Virus record (IMG/VR): IMGVR_UViG_3300032373_001148 | Coordinates: 1-57,158 of that record | From: a virus | Lineage: Duplodnaviria > Caudoviricetes | Direction: 5' to 3' (one strand) | DNA length: 57,158 nucleotides | In this document: positions 10,301 to 19,018 of the stretch, piece by piece | Layout: each line of letters opens with the position of its first letter | How positions within the stretch are numbered: position 1 is the first letter of the stretch | Made by a program: the position numbers and the translations under genes | The notes under the pieces: model-generated | Seen by the model: only the letters and a program-made list of their open reading frames with translations | What the model was told of the DNA's origin: nothing | Databases searched by the model: none

Positions 10301-13300
10301 TGTCCTGCGGCTTATCGGTCACATCCGGCTGTTTCTGAGCATCAACGGGCTTTGCCTTGGGCGCATCAAACATATCCACCTGATCACGCGCACCGGTGTC
10401 AAAGAGACCGCCATCTGAGCCAGCATCCTTCTGGGAAGCCTTGGCCTTCATCGGTCCAGCCATCTTGCGCTCGGCCAGTTCTTTGTCGCTGATCTTCTCA
10501 GCGCCGGGGATAACGCCCTGTTCTGTGGCTCCGGCCACGTTGGTCACGGTTTCGGTGGTGGGTCGTTGTTCCCCAGAATCAGAAACCCCCGCGTTATCGG
10601 CGGGGGCTGTGTTAATTTTTTTGACCTGATTTGAGGCGTCTTTTCCGGGGCTTACGCCTGGGCGGTCTTGGCCTGCCGTTTCAGTTCCGCCATCTTGGCC
10701 TCTTTCGTCCGCATTGATTTGGCCAGTTCCTTGGCCTCCTTCTGGTCGGACGGCGATACCTTCGGGTTCACGGCTAGGCTGTCCAGAATTAAGAGCCTGT
10801 GCTTGCGCGATTTCATCATCAATCCTTCCGCGGTCTTCCAGCGTCAGAGGTTCACCTTCAAGTGTGGCGTAAATGTCTTCTGGGTTCAAGTTTTTCAATT
10901 GTTTTGCAAGCAGAACATCAAAATAGCTGTCGTCTGAATCCATCTGCGATTGAAGGTCGGCAATCTGCGCTTCGATGGACTCAGCCTCGCCCTTGCTCTC
11001 AAACTGATTAAGATATTCGTCTTCAGCCCGCAATTGAGCGGCTCGTTCTTCCATTACATGCGCTTCTTCTGCACGATAAACCTTCTCCCCGGCCAGTGCC
11101 CGGTCCAGAACCTCAAGGACTTGAGCCTCAGTCGGGCGCGGGGTTGTTTCCAAAGGCCCAAAATAGCCAGCCTCATGCAAGCGCTCTCCAGCGGCATCGA
11201 TACCCATGCCATTGCTGCGGATCAAAGCGCCGACACCAGGAATAAGCCGTTGCGCATTGCGGCCTTTCTTCAGGTCATGCCCTTCATCGTCACGAAGCCC
11301 ACCGTGGTCGGCAATAAACGTCAACATATCAACAGGGCCCTTACGCACGGGAATGCGGCTATAGCCCTTGTCGGTCTTGCGGATCACGCCCCGCGCGGCC
11401 AGGACGTCAAGCACGTCGCGCGCTTCTTTGCCCCTCAGACCCATTTCTTTGCCAAAATGCAACGGCGTCAGCTTAAGCCCCGGTGTCTTGGCATAGCGAA
11501 TACCAGCCCCATAATGGGTGGCCGGGTCAAAAGCGGCTGATTTCTGCGACTGTTCTTGATTTGTTTCACGGGAAACATTGGTCGGCTGCATATCAGCGGG
11601 GAGCGGATCATCAAGGGGGTCGGTTGCGGTCAGGTCCGGCTTCGTCTCAACCATATCCTTAAACGCCAGAATAGGCATGGTCATGGCCTGGGCCTGCTCA
11701 TCCATGCCCAAAGCCCGGTTGCTTCGGGCAACGGACAAGGCCTGGGCCTCGCTGTCGGCTCCCATAACGGCGATCTGGCGACCGTCCTCAGTTGTCAGAA
11801 CACGGACCTCATCCCCTTCACCAATGGTGATTGTGGCGATATCAGCGCCGGTAGCCGTCTTGATGGTTCCAATATCAGCCGATGCAATGAACTGGCTCTG
11901 TTGCCCACCCTCACCCATCTGGGTACTGACGTCACCCTTCTTGGTGCCCGTAGGTGCTTGTGGGGTCGACACGGGCGTGATCTGGATGTTCTGGCTGGAA
12001 ATGTCCTCAAAGGTGGCTGAGAAGTTCGAGCCATCGTCCAAGTGCAACTTAACGCCGGACCCGGCCTGTTCATCCTCATAGGCGTCAACAATGGTGCCCG
12101 TCGCCATCTTATCGCCGATCTGGACGGAAACCTTCGTGTTGACCTGGGGCACCCCAGCAGAACGCAAGATATCATTGGCGCTGCGGGTGGCTTCGCCGTC
12201 CTGGACAACGGATTTGCCTTGCTGAATCAGATCGTCGGGAATGGGGCTGGCGCGGTCGGCTTCGCTGAGTTCTGGGGCTTGTTGCGCGGCCTGTTCGCGC
12301 TTGCCAGTGGGGGCGGGCTTGCTCATAGATGCTGAACGACTGTGGCGGCCCATGACGAGACCGCCAATCGTTTCGTAGATCACGCCCGCGGTGAAGCCGA
12401 CACCAGCATTTTCACCTGTTCCGGTAAACGTGCCGCGTTCCTTGTCATAACCAACAATGTCGTTGGCGACCAAGTTTTCTAGGATGGATTGGCTCGCTTC
12501 CTGAATGGCTTCTTCGGTGCCTTGTTTCAGGGCGTCGACCACCAATCGTTTAGCCCCGCCGCCCGTCACCTTATCAAGTCGACTTAAGAACGGCGCAATG
12601 GGGACTGCTTCTGTCGTGCCGATCCACGCGCCGTAATCAGAAGCCTCAAGGGCTTGGCCAAGGTCCGCCCCGTTCTGAAGCGCATCTTCGAACATTGCTG
12701 ATTTTTCAGCGCCCGCACCGACAAAGGCCGTGGTCGCTAGAGCTGGCACACCACCCAAGGGAATGGTGGCCGCCGTTGTTCCCAAGAAACCTAATGTGCT
12801 ACCCAGTCCGCGCGGAAGCTTGGAGGCCAAAAACTCACCTTGATATTCTGGGTTTTCTGGAAAATTGTCACGCGCCCAATTCGACAGGCCATCGCCAGCC
12901 TGATAGGCGCCGGTATCCTTGGGGCTATCCTGACGCTCAAAGCGTGCGCGGTATTCCTGGCGCTGCTCTGGCCCCATACGAGAATACACCTGCATATGCT
13001 GGGTCGATTGAGGGGGGAGGTCGTTTTTCTTGGAAAATTCAAAGCTGGCCGGAAACGTGCTCAGGTCTTCGCCGTTATCGATGGCGTCGAACGCCGCATT
13101 CAAGCCTTGGTTGGTCTGAAAGGACGAGATACCAACGCTTTTAGCCACACCTGCGGGAATGTCCAAGGTGCCTTGGGTGGCGGCGTTCAACCCAGAAAGA
13201 AAGCGGCCTTCGGGAATGTCGCCGCTCGTGGCGGGAGCCTCAGCAAACGGATCATAGTCCACCTTCATGAGGCCCATGCCCACACCTTCGCCACTGGTTT

Positions 13301-13367
13301 CAACATCCGCAAACGGGTCGAAATCGACGGGAACCAGTCCGAAGGGTTGCTTGGCCATAGTGTTCAT
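4392..13367 (-). CDS. Giant polyvalent virion/ejection protein (LPD- and PLxRFG-like domains)
   Basis: 2991 aa after the ejection genes; LAFGARG...AAAHYEP...LAHEWLHGLD, second HExxH (RHEGIH), YVPFTRFG. Confidence 0.8.
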   Translation of the reverse strand: MNTMAKQPFGLVPVDFDPFADVETSGEGVGMGLMKVDYDPFAEAPATSGDIPEGRFLSGLNAATQGTLDIPAGVAKSVGISSFQTNQGLNAAFDAIDNGEDLSTFPASFEFSKKNDLPPQSTQHMQVYSRMGPEQRQEYRARFERQDSPKDTGAYQAGDGLSNWARDNFPENPEYQGEFLASKLPRGLGSTLGFLGTTAATIPLGGVPALATTAFVGAGAEKSAMFEDALQNGADLGQALEASDYGAWIGTTEAVPIAPFLSRLDKVTGGGAKRLVVDALKQGTEEAIQEASQSILENLVANDIVGYDKERGTFTGTGENAGVGFTAGVIYETIGGLVMGRHSRSASMSKPAPTGKREQAAQQAPELSEADRASPIPDDLIQQGKSVVQDGEATRSANDILRSAGVPQVNTKVSVQIGDKMATGTIVDAYEDEQAGSGVKLHLDDGSNFSATFEDISSQNIQITPVSTPQAPTGTKKGDVSTQMGEGGQQSQFIASADIGTIKTATGADIATITIGEGDEVRVLTTEDGRQIAVMGADSEAQALSVARSNRALGMDEQAQAMTMPILAFKDMVETKPDLTATDPLDDPLPADMQPTNVSRETNQEQSQKSAAFDPATHYGAGIRYAKTPGLKLTPLHFGKEMGLRGKEARDVLDVLAARGVIRKTDKGYSRIPVRKGPVDMLTFIADHGGLRDDEGHDLKKGRNAQRLIPGVGALIRSNGMGIDAAGERLHEAGYFGPLETTPRPTEAQVLEVLDRALAGEKVYRAEEAHVMEERAAQLRAEDEYLNQFESKGEAESIEAQIADLQSQMDSDDSYFDVLLAKQLKNLNPEDIYATLEGEPLTLEDRGRIDDEIAQAQALNSGQPSREPEGIAVRPEGGQGTGQINADERGQDGGTETAGQDRPGVSPGKDASNQVKKINTAPADNAGVSDSGEQRPTTETVTNVAGATEQGVIPGAEKISDKELAERKMAGPMKAKASQKDAGSDGGLFDTGARDQVDMFDAPKAKPVDAQKQPDVTDKPQDKIEDFGEKIHGARKDTFTGFKEALSDEGIDVNTAPLSKSFPQPNYVKLAEEGVSGEVMAYIAVIRNTIPSKPRSKWKVARWAKQVELLRGFANDILSGNVDTKTLDHMMKVANATTLGDIPTTVKAIKDIAPADMEKAARYSVRSASYSMFKGERYNPSKSFWFLTDSKNRTVRNSMGNDPAMQDTHRESEEEAISLAKKLIPYLIAGKEETGTKTRSKYTAVNVYRDHKTSDIFLGFKVRSTVLRLKAGFETPTAAREYLDENRDDVQAKIDDMRKGPNMRGTENRARSGQDLRDGDVSPETFSEAFGFRGVQFGNYVEGPRRQSDLNRAYDALMDLADTIGVPPKAISLNGELGLAFGARGTGGNAAAAAHYEPGQVVINLTKGSGPGSLAHEWLHGLDNYFARQDDHGKSKATGQDQDYMSSRRRTEGTARDEVYQAWKGVQTALAKGGFAERSVELDKAKSKPYWNKTIEKAARAFEKYMVDRLSEKGAINDYLANIDQTSGAYPTNDEMKQDGIREAFDNLFNTIEHRETDKGVEMFSVFNDPDWTGVAQGLDWKVQTKIVEIKKQYEDVEDASDVRRLANQEISAPDGILGEYQNLDTGWDIHLYAKGIKKTLSGEGSKIRAALAWKLPDLLKHAILVETVSDNKTRADINRIHRFYAAAQMDGDVRRIKITVREHSDGMKRQYDIDHLDIEKPGTGLSPSNDRTTSGVGSIPLPGSSISIRQLLDDVNSEVDGQPVLGRGESHAILAEYDWKTSVDREELAQKIITISKRIAPKVKVQVVDELLGNVPGRGKIPVTGVHRAAQNLIEVAIDLGNPEKTIRHEGIHALYSMGLIHKTEQNILANKARREWIEKYNIDKLYPNASKEQKIEEAVAQASAEYGYGDGKFPPGIRRILEKIKQFLERLGNALNGMGYQSASDIFDKIESGEVGKRDRMSDTADGISYSVSDDGKANTPTEGTTSSPDRGGDQGSSARQARSPEEGTGTDRGKQSKAEQVSGSGNGAVPDSGDKFSIHDPIDDLAASESFADRAVEALDTEAKKRGALRKATQELKHFATDPAVPHAKDLNWFANAIVHPRTIASIYSKFTPVWLAVEKQFKRRDTINADLTRILEPYHKLDLEDKAQVHKVLEIGRLEGGAIDSPMVGVTNKLGDAALSKRGERVELNKAQSEAYHAVRSAMDKALDLYKQQVLREWGFGKEGDPETAKDLEAHAKELYQEAKKSEAPEEARDMNREADSARQVAQLVAEIEQAKKGGYVPFTRFGEVSISVRDKGNNLVHFEKIEVGGAVGRLIHRKKVIDVRRKLMSQYPKSQGYDVEAPRQMVNANDLAAAGIKIGDVDALAELGRVEGPEWEAVREQLNEASKKVGFRKHFIGAKNTPGYSPDFERSIADYVTGISSYLARREVRDELDTAVASIPQNQTNLRKYADVYIEYVQSPKETLQWLRSLNFFFYLSGNPSSASVNLTQVPLATMPYLSQFASAGRINIEMTRAYKDLAKMAWRKPTMDGGTMEFFDPSKAPEDVREDLQRAWDDGTLVPLVTMEQMGVAHGSEKFRRGFSKGTQATVEFAGSMFTGAERANRIVTFIAAHRLARRPGVMEKVNEVLTDNALWASMGTKPVDFAEWVIDETHFVLGKRNRPTWFRDAGAWPGTAVFQFRGFSVNYLELMWRMARQNGPEGKKALAYVFGALMASAGLWGLPFGDDLKDLFEAIYAWATDKEIDLESELREIVYEMSDSALLAETVNRGALRMTGADMSHRLDMGNILPTDTILALFGKDTNRAAEALGVSYDMLVGRPQRAIEHLKNDEPTQAVAQMLPSFASNPVKAYGWAADGVKSRDRVAIPKEEITNLDVALKALGFTPVSITRRREKQWAKTRAQRSITGLQGRYYTRLARAVASGNRNEVEVIRSELMAYNADRPIHERVIINPGYLKRLVRQEVLGYGARRISKKARGRAAELDVIYPD

Positions 13368-13376
13368 TTCTCCAAC

Positions 13377-13445
13377 AAAAAAGGCCGCCCGGATGGACAG
13401 CCCAAAGAAAAACCCCGCTCAATGGCGGGGCTGGTGTGGCTTTTC
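13377..13445. terminator. Tandem hairpin terminators
   Basis: Two GC stems with A/T tails between the toxin-like gene and the giant gene. Confidence 0.6.
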
Positions 13446-13877
13446 TTAACGCCAGCGCTTCTTGACTTCCTCAAGAAGCTGCTTTGACGCCATGCTCAGG
13501 CGCCCAACAATAGGCCCCTTCCCATCGCATGGCCTTGGAATAAAGAATTCTGATGCCCAAGGAAGACGCTTGGTGAGGTTCAAATCGAACCGTGTGCAGC
13601 ATAGCAAACCCGCTTCCATCATGTCCGCAGCCTGCGTGACGTAAAGGTTGTTTGGGTAACACTTCGTCATATTGCTAGTGCCATACGCCACTTCGACTGC
13701 ATAACGGTCGTTCTTTCGGTCCCAAGCAAGGGACCGAATGAGAACGGGCCTTGGTTTCGGGCCTGGGTTTACGATATTTGAATGAGGCCAGCGACACCAC
13801 ACCACATCAAGCATGGCGGGCAATTGGTCATTTGGGAGGTATGAGAACTTACCAAGCTGGTCCATCAAGCACTTCAT
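13446..13877 (-). CDS. PemK/MazF-like toxin
   Basis: DVVWCRWP...PGPKPRPVLI...VAYGTS pattern of the PemK-like fold. Confidence 0.6.
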   Translation of the reverse strand: MKCLMDQLGKFSYLPNDQLPAMLDVVWCRWPHSNIVNPGPKPRPVLIRSLAWDRKNDRYAVEVAYGTSNMTKCYPNNLYVTQAADMMEAGLLCCTRFDLNLTKRLPWASEFFIPRPCDGKGPIVGRLSMASKQLLEEVKKRWR

Positions 13878-14019
13878 AGCCGACGAACTCGTTGTCGCTT
13901 ACTTCCTCGTTCATCAATGCCAACATTTGCGGTGTGACTTCGTCCTCATAAGTCTCAACACATTTCTGTTCAACATGATCAACGGGCTGGGAGTTTGGGC
14001 CGTTCAAAAGAGCGGTCAT
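13849..14019 (-). CDS. Small acidic protein, putative antitoxin
   Basis: 56 aa from ATG 14019 with AAGGAG RBS; acidic; overlaps the toxin start. Confidence 0.45.
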   Translation of the reverse strand: MTALLNGPNSQPVDHVEQKCVETYEDEVTPQMLALMNEEVSDNEFVGYEVLDGPAW

Positions 14020-14322
14020 GGGGGTAACTCCTTTCTCTCTTTCTGCGCTGCATCTTGATGCATAACATTCTGTCGTCAAGTCTAGTCGCATGCGCATGGG
14101 CTTTATTATATGGCTTATGTTGCGTATTAGCAACACTGACCAGAGTGGTGAATAGCCGCAGCAAGATGCGCATCATACACAAAAGAACGCTGGAGGGTGA
14201 TAAATGTGAAAGCAAGAGAACAAAACATAAACATATTTTCCTATAAATGTCAATGCTTGTGATTATGTTCTGTTTTTCATCACACACTTTTGGTTGTTCG
14301 GTTTTGCTGCTATGCTCTCGTC

Positions 14323-14640
14323 ATGCGCACCATACTCACCATCTCAGTCTTGGCCATGTTGGCGACGTTCGCCGTCGCCGCGGCGCCCAACGCCGCCGAC
14401 AAGACGCCCCTGGAGCAAATGCTCGAAGCCATGCCGCCGATGGACCCGCAAGTCAGGGCCTCATTCGATAAGGCAGCTCGGTCGATGTATCGGGAAGACT
14501 GCAATTGTCTTACGTACATCATGGACGGCGTCACCCGAAAGGTGATGCTCCCAATGGATGATGTGGACCGACGTTTACTGATCGAGGGCCTGAAACGCGG
14601 TCTCATCACCCCATTTGGCCAAGCGGGACAGACGAGTTAA
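14323..14640 (+). CDS. Exported hypothetical protein (moron)
   Basis: Signal-peptide-like N-terminus MRTILTISVLAMLATFAVAAA; opposite strand to the late operon. Confidence 0.6.
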   Translation: MRTILTISVLAMLATFAVAAAPNAADKTPLEQMLEAMPPMDPQVRASFDKAARSMYREDCNCLTYIMDGVTRKVMLPMDDVDRRLLIEGLKRGLITPFGQAGQTS

Positions 14641-15542
14641 TACTCGCCGTGCTTTCCTTTTAATCCACCCTTCACACTCTCATCCGACGCTCCTGCGACA
14701 CTGCCCATGGTCACCATGGAATAGATCGGCTTGCCGCCTTGACCGGTCCCGGTCTGGACGTACCAGTTTCCGTCACGGCCTTGTTTGGCGTTTTGGAAAC
14801 CTGGAGGGGGCGTGCTTCCTTGGTATGGAGCGGCGTCGTTCGCCATCTGGGTGTTAGGCTTGCTTGGCTGTCCGGGAGCGGCGTTGCCACCACCCATCAG
14901 GGCGCGCGCCCGTTCCGTGGTCCATTCTTCCTGTGACTTGTCGCCGTAGGCTTCTTTCATGCCGCCAGGGCGCATCCAATCAGGACCGATCGGGTTTTTG
15001 TCTTCAGCTTCGGATTTGGCGCGTTCAAATGCTGTTTCCTGGTCAAGCCCCGTGCCACCCCCTTGGGCTTGATCGCCTGGGCCACCACGCAAGCTGTCGG
15101 CATAATCACCAAAGCCCATGCGGGTCATGGCCGCGTAGACACCTTCTTTATTGACCTGTTTGGTTGTGAACCCGCCAGCATCAGGTACTTCAACGGTATT
15201 GTCCTTTACGGCCATGTTGTAGGCTTGCTGTGGCGTCAAAAGGCCACTCTTGGCCTTCATCCCGGCCAATTGGAGGTTTGTTTGCCGGGTCTTGTCATTT
15301 TCACTGGCACTGGCCTCACGGGTCTTTTGGCTTTCTGAGGCTTTGAACTTCTGCGTCACGGCCAATTCGCCCATACGGTTGCGAAACTCCAAGTCAGACC
15401 GGGCTTGGTTCACCATCATGTCGTATTTGGCTTTGCCTTCCATTGCGCCCTTGGCGGCCATGCTTTCGCCGTAGCCTTGAACGGCGCCAGCCACCGCGCC
15501 AAGCGCCACACTAGCACCAAGCCCCATTCGTTTTTTACCCAT
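14637..15542 (-). CDS. Putative ejection/internal virion protein
   Basis: Gly/Ala/Gln-rich, hydrophobic N-terminus, position; start chosen by GGAGG RBS. Confidence 0.55.
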   Translation of the reverse strand: MGKKRMGLGASVALGAVAGAVQGYGESMAAKGAMEGKAKYDMMVNQARSDLEFRNRMGELAVTQKFKASESQKTREASASENDKTRQTNLQLAGMKAKSGLLTPQQAYNMAVKDNTVEVPDAGGFTTKQVNKEGVYAAMTRMGFGDYADSLRGGPGDQAQGGGTGLDQETAFERAKSEAEDKNPIGPDWMRPGGMKEAYGDKSQEEWTTERARALMGGGNAAPGQPSKPNTQMANDAAPYQGSTPPPGFQNAKQGRDGNWYVQTGTGQGGKPIYSMVTMGSVAGASDESVKGGLKGKHGEY

Positions 15543-16098
15543 TGGCCTGCCCCTCCGCATTGCCTTGCTGCTTAAAGTTAGCGCTGAATCCTTGGCCAAA
15601 GAGCTGATCGAGGTTTCCGCTCTGATCGGCTTGTTGCAAGGCCTGAACGTCTTCCTCCAAGCCTTGCTTATTCAGGGTGCCGTTGCCGACCGCCTGAGTT
15701 CCATATTGATCCATGGCGATGTAGGCGGCGGATTCAATTTCTTGGGGGGTAAATTGATGGACATCAAATGCCGTAGCCATTTGGGCGATGGCTTCCAACA
15801 GCTCCTGTCCACCATGCAGAACGATAGCCGGGTCAACGGGTCGACCGCTTTCCCGTGCCGATTGTTCCAGGCGCACCACCACGCTCACGGTCATCGCCGC
15901 AAGACCTTCGGCGGGCTTTTCAGCCTCACGGATGCGCTTCAGAATTTGCGGGGCCATCTTCTGGTCAGCAATCAGCTTCAAGCCGTTGTCGACAAACTTC
16001 TCATAGGCCGCTTGCTCTTCTGGCGAGACATTGGCTTCGCCTTCATAGTTGGCTTCAGGGGCCACGCCCTGCTGTTGTTGCGGCATCAATCCAGCCAT
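15535..16098 (-). CDS. Hypothetical virion-associated protein
   Basis: Coupled ORF in the ejection cluster. Confidence 0.6.
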   Translation of the reverse strand: MAGLMPQQQQGVAPEANYEGEANVSPEEQAAYEKFVDNGLKLIADQKMAPQILKRIREAEKPAEGLAAMTVSVVVRLEQSARESGRPVDPAIVLHGGQELLEAIAQMATAFDVHQFTPQEIESAAYIAMDQYGTQAVGNGTLNKQGLEEDVQALQQADQSGNLDQLFGQGFSANFKQQGNAEGQANG

Positions 16099-16110
16099 GG
16101 TCTTTCCCCT

Positions 16111-17091
16111 TTATGCTGCTGAAGGTGTCGGAGCGCTTGGAACAAACACGACGTGGCCAGAGGCTTGGTCATATTGCCAACGCCCATTGTTGTAAGCAGT
16201 ATCAGGCGTATTCCACCGTTGTGAAGGTGCCAGACCGCCCTTTTGTTGGGGAACGGAACTGGCCGTCAGCAACCCACCGGTGCCGCTGTGGCTGCCTTGA
16301 ATACGAAGTTGATCCGCTTGTTCCGCAGCAATGCGTTGTTCTGTGGCGGCCGCATAGTCGGTTCCGCCACCTTGACCGCCACCAGCGGCCAACTCGATTG
16401 CGCCCTTGGCCGCACCGCTGATCATTTTACCCATGAGTTCTGGGTGACTATCGACCCAGCCACCAAGGCCAGTTCGCCCCGTACCGAGAACAGTACCCGC
16501 AGGCGTCATAACAGATTGACCGGTGGGAATGGTGGCCGAATTAACCCCATTCCCAACATAGACAACTGGCGTACCCCCTGGTCCGGCATTAAGGGCACCG
16601 CCAGAAGCGGCAGACGGTGAAGTCAAACTGGCATTTTGAACGGTCGGTGTAGCAGTGGATGGGGCAGCGCCCACGGCCCCCGGCGTGGTTGCCCCGGCTG
16701 AAGCACTTGGCGCCGCAGCTCCAGCCGCACCGGTCGGCGCTCCTGCCGTTGGCGCAGTTGCCGTAGCGCCCGGAATAGCCGTGTAATTGCCCATGGCGGA
16801 TTGAACCCCGCCCATAACGGCCCCACCGGCAGCCCCCAGCAAAAGGCCTTTGCCGATACCCCCGCCACTGATGGCGGATGTTATCCCCCCCGCTATAGAC
16901 CCCGATATGGCGTGACTGAGCACCGTCGCCATGGTTGGAGATAAGGTCGCACCAAAGCTCGTAGCGCCTAAGACGCTGGCCCCCAACCCTGCTGTGAAAT
17001 AAGATACAGCCGCAGCGACAATGAACTTGCCGACTGTAGACTTGGTGACCTTTTTGAAAACTTTTGTCACTGCTTTTACGGCACCCGACAC
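16111..17091 (-). CDS. Putative ejection protein
   Basis: Gly/Ala/Thr-rich with a basic amphipathic N-terminus and glycine-zipper-like segments. Confidence 0.55.
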   Translation of the reverse strand: MSGAVKAVTKVFKKVTKSTVGKFIVAAAVSYFTAGLGASVLGATSFGATLSPTMATVLSHAISGSIAGGITSAISGGGIGKGLLLGAAGGAVMGGVQSAMGNYTAIPGATATAPTAGAPTGAAGAAAPSASAGATTPGAVGAAPSTATPTVQNASLTSPSAASGGALNAGPGGTPVVYVGNGVNSATIPTGQSVMTPAGTVLGTGRTGLGGWVDSHPELMGKMISGAAKGAIELAAGGGQGGGTDYAAATEQRIAAEQADQLRIQGSHSGTGGLLTASSVPQQKGGLAPSQRWNTPDTAYNNGRWQYDQASGHVVFVPSAPTPSAA

Positions 17092-17588
17092 TGTACTTCT
17101 CCTTCCGAGAAATTGACGTAAGCAAACACTGCGTCATAGGCCGTGGCGGCCCTGTCATACGCTTGGGCTGCTTCAACCTCATCTGTAAATGTCCCCAAAT
17201 ATTTTTTTCTAAACCTTGCTCTCCACCGGCTAATGTCCTTCTGCCAATAGACGCCTTTGAAACGTGATGTTTTTCCCTTCACGTTACCCCCTCGGTTCAG
17301 CGCGTTTCCTAAGTGCCCTGTCAGTCGAAGGTTTTCCCTTCTGTTGTCGAGAGGATTCCTGTTGATATGATCAACAAGCATGTGCGGAGGGGCCTGGAGA
17401 ATGGCTCGGTGCATAAGCATGGACTTCTGCTTACCGTCTCGAACGAACACACGCACAGCTCGATACTTCTCGCCACCGCCTGTCTGAACGGACGCGCTCC
17501 ATTTCCATTGGTTTAACCACTCAAAATCTACTTCATCAACGAGCGCATGCTGGCCCTTGCTTAGTTCGATTTCTTTCACACCACGCAT
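17076..17588 (-). CDS. HNH-AP2 homing endonuclease
   Basis: MHRAIL...VDHINRNPLDNRRENLR plus an AP2 domain SRFKGVYW...YLGTFTDEVEAAQAYD. Confidence 0.9.
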   Translation of the reverse strand: MRGVKEIELSKGQHALVDEVDFEWLNQWKWSASVQTGGGEKYRAVRVFVRDGKQKSMLMHRAILQAPPHMLVDHINRNPLDNRRENLRLTGHLGNALNRGGNVKGKTSRFKGVYWQKDISRWRARFRKKYLGTFTDEVEAAQAYDRAATAYDAVFAYVNFSEGEVQCRVP

Positions 17589-17664
17589 AGTTTTGTCCTT
17601 TCGCGGCAACGAATAAGGGACGGCTCCGAAGAACCGCCCCCTACCAAAGGTCCGTCATCTCTAA

Positions 17665-18129
17665 TTAGAGGCGCTTAATATAAATCCCGCCGCTTAACGT
17701 GTAGCCCATACGCGCATAGGCCTTGCCAAGCCGTTCCCATTCGTCATTCACGGCGTTTGTGACCGCAAGCCACACCTCATCAACGCCCTGTTCTTCCCGC
17801 GCCCATTGGTCGAACGCTGATGCCAAAGCCAAAGCCCCGCCATGCCCTTTGTCGGTAACGTAATAACCAATGTCCGTTGCATATTTTGCTTTTGTGAATA
17901 AATAGAGGGGTGCCGTAATCCCGATGATATAGCCCTCAACCTCTCCATCTGTTTCAGTTACAAAAAGGCAATGACTTCCGCTGCGGATCGATTCCATGCA
18001 TGCATCTTTGAAAGCCTTGATGTCTTCTTTGTATTTTGCGTACTTGCTCTTTTGGTGCATCTCACGGGCGAGAACGACAAGCCTCGGAATGTCTTGATAT
18101 TTTGCGGGGCGGACCAGAGTTCCTACCAT
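17665..18129 (-). CDS. GNAT-fold virion assembly protein
   Basis: VRPAKYQDIPRL...GYIIG...KGHGGALAL...AYARMGY; typical position in podovirus tail modules. Confidence 0.7.
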   Translation of the reverse strand: MVGTLVRPAKYQDIPRLVVLAREMHQKSKYAKYKEDIKAFKDACMESIRSGSHCLFVTETDGEVEGYIIGITAPLYLFTKAKYATDIGYYVTDKGHGGALALASAFDQWAREEQGVDEVWLAVTNAVNDEWERLGKAYARMGYTLSGGIYIKRL

Positions 18130-18611
18130 GACAACGTAATGCCATACATCTGCTCAATGATCCCCTTGTCCCGATTGGACATCGCCTGCAAATGCTCATA
18201 ATACTTGGTCCGGTCTTCAGCGCTGATGCTGGTGTTTTTCATCACCTCTGACCAACCGGCCGCATAGGTTTTTTCCATGTCGGCAGCTGCGCTGATCGCA
18301 TACTGTCGATCATGGGCGGCCACGTTCATATTGGCGATCTTTTCCGATGACGCCGTTCCCATCGCGGTGAGGTTTTTCTGCGCCGTCTGGCTGGCGTCCT
18401 GACTGGCGATGGGAAGCGCGCTCTTGAGCATTGCGTCGGTCCCGGCCTCGGCCGCCATGGATGAATTGATCAGCCCGCGCCGCCCTGAATATTGCTTGGC
18501 CTGCGTTTGGGCTTTCTGCATGAGCGGGCTGTTCTGGCTCATCAAGCCCGTCATTTGGGTCTGAACACTGTCGTCTTCATAGTCCCAGGTTCCGTCTGCT
18601 TTGTAAGCCAT
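18123..18611 (-). CDS. Hypothetical virion protein
   Basis: RRGLINSSMAAEAG motif; position in the tail module. Confidence 0.55.
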   Translation of the reverse strand: MAYKADGTWDYEDDSVQTQMTGLMSQNSPLMQKAQTQAKQYSGRRGLINSSMAAEAGTDAMLKSALPIASQDASQTAQKNLTAMGTASSEKIANMNVAAHDRQYAISAAADMEKTYAAGWSEVMKNTSISAEDRTKYYEHLQAMSNRDKGIIEQMYGITLSW

Positions 18612-18682
18612 ATTCAGTCCCCTTCATGGCATAAAAAAAGACGCTTTAAGCGCCGTCATCCGTTGGTGGTCTGGTATTTTTG

Positions 18683-19018
18683 TTATCCGCCGACTTGGAC
18701 TTTCCAGATGTAGACAATCAATGCCACCAGGGTCGCAACTGCGGCCAGAAAACCTGTCTTTACCCAAGCGTCCATCCGGCCGTGGACGCGACCGACCGTG
18801 GCGGCGATATCTTTGCTGATCTTGTCGTGACCGCTGATGATCGTTTGCATGATGTTCGATATGCCCGTTCGCATTTCGACTTCGAAGTTTTCTCCGCGGC
18901 GCATGTGGTCATCGAGTGTTTTCTGTGTGTGAGCAATGGCGGCCAAGGCTGCCTTAGCTTCTGCGAGAGCGCTGGCCGCGTCCGCACGGGCCTGGTGGTC
19001 AACAACATCCTCAGACAT
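18683..19018 (-). CDS. Coiled-coil protein with a C-terminal TM helix
   Basis: C-terminal hydrophobic helix; could be holin/antiholin-like. Confidence 0.5.
   Translation of the reverse strand: MSEDVVDHQARADAASALAEAKAALAAIAHTQKTLDDHMRRGENFEVEMRTGISNIMQTIISGHDKISKDIAATVGRVHGRMDAWVKTGFLAAVATLVALIVYIWKVQVGG

Noticed and set aside
5219-13487. Many antisense and alternative-frame ORFs within the giant gene (also across the structural operon)
   Set aside because: Shadow ORFs of GC-rich coding sequence, without RBS or motifs.
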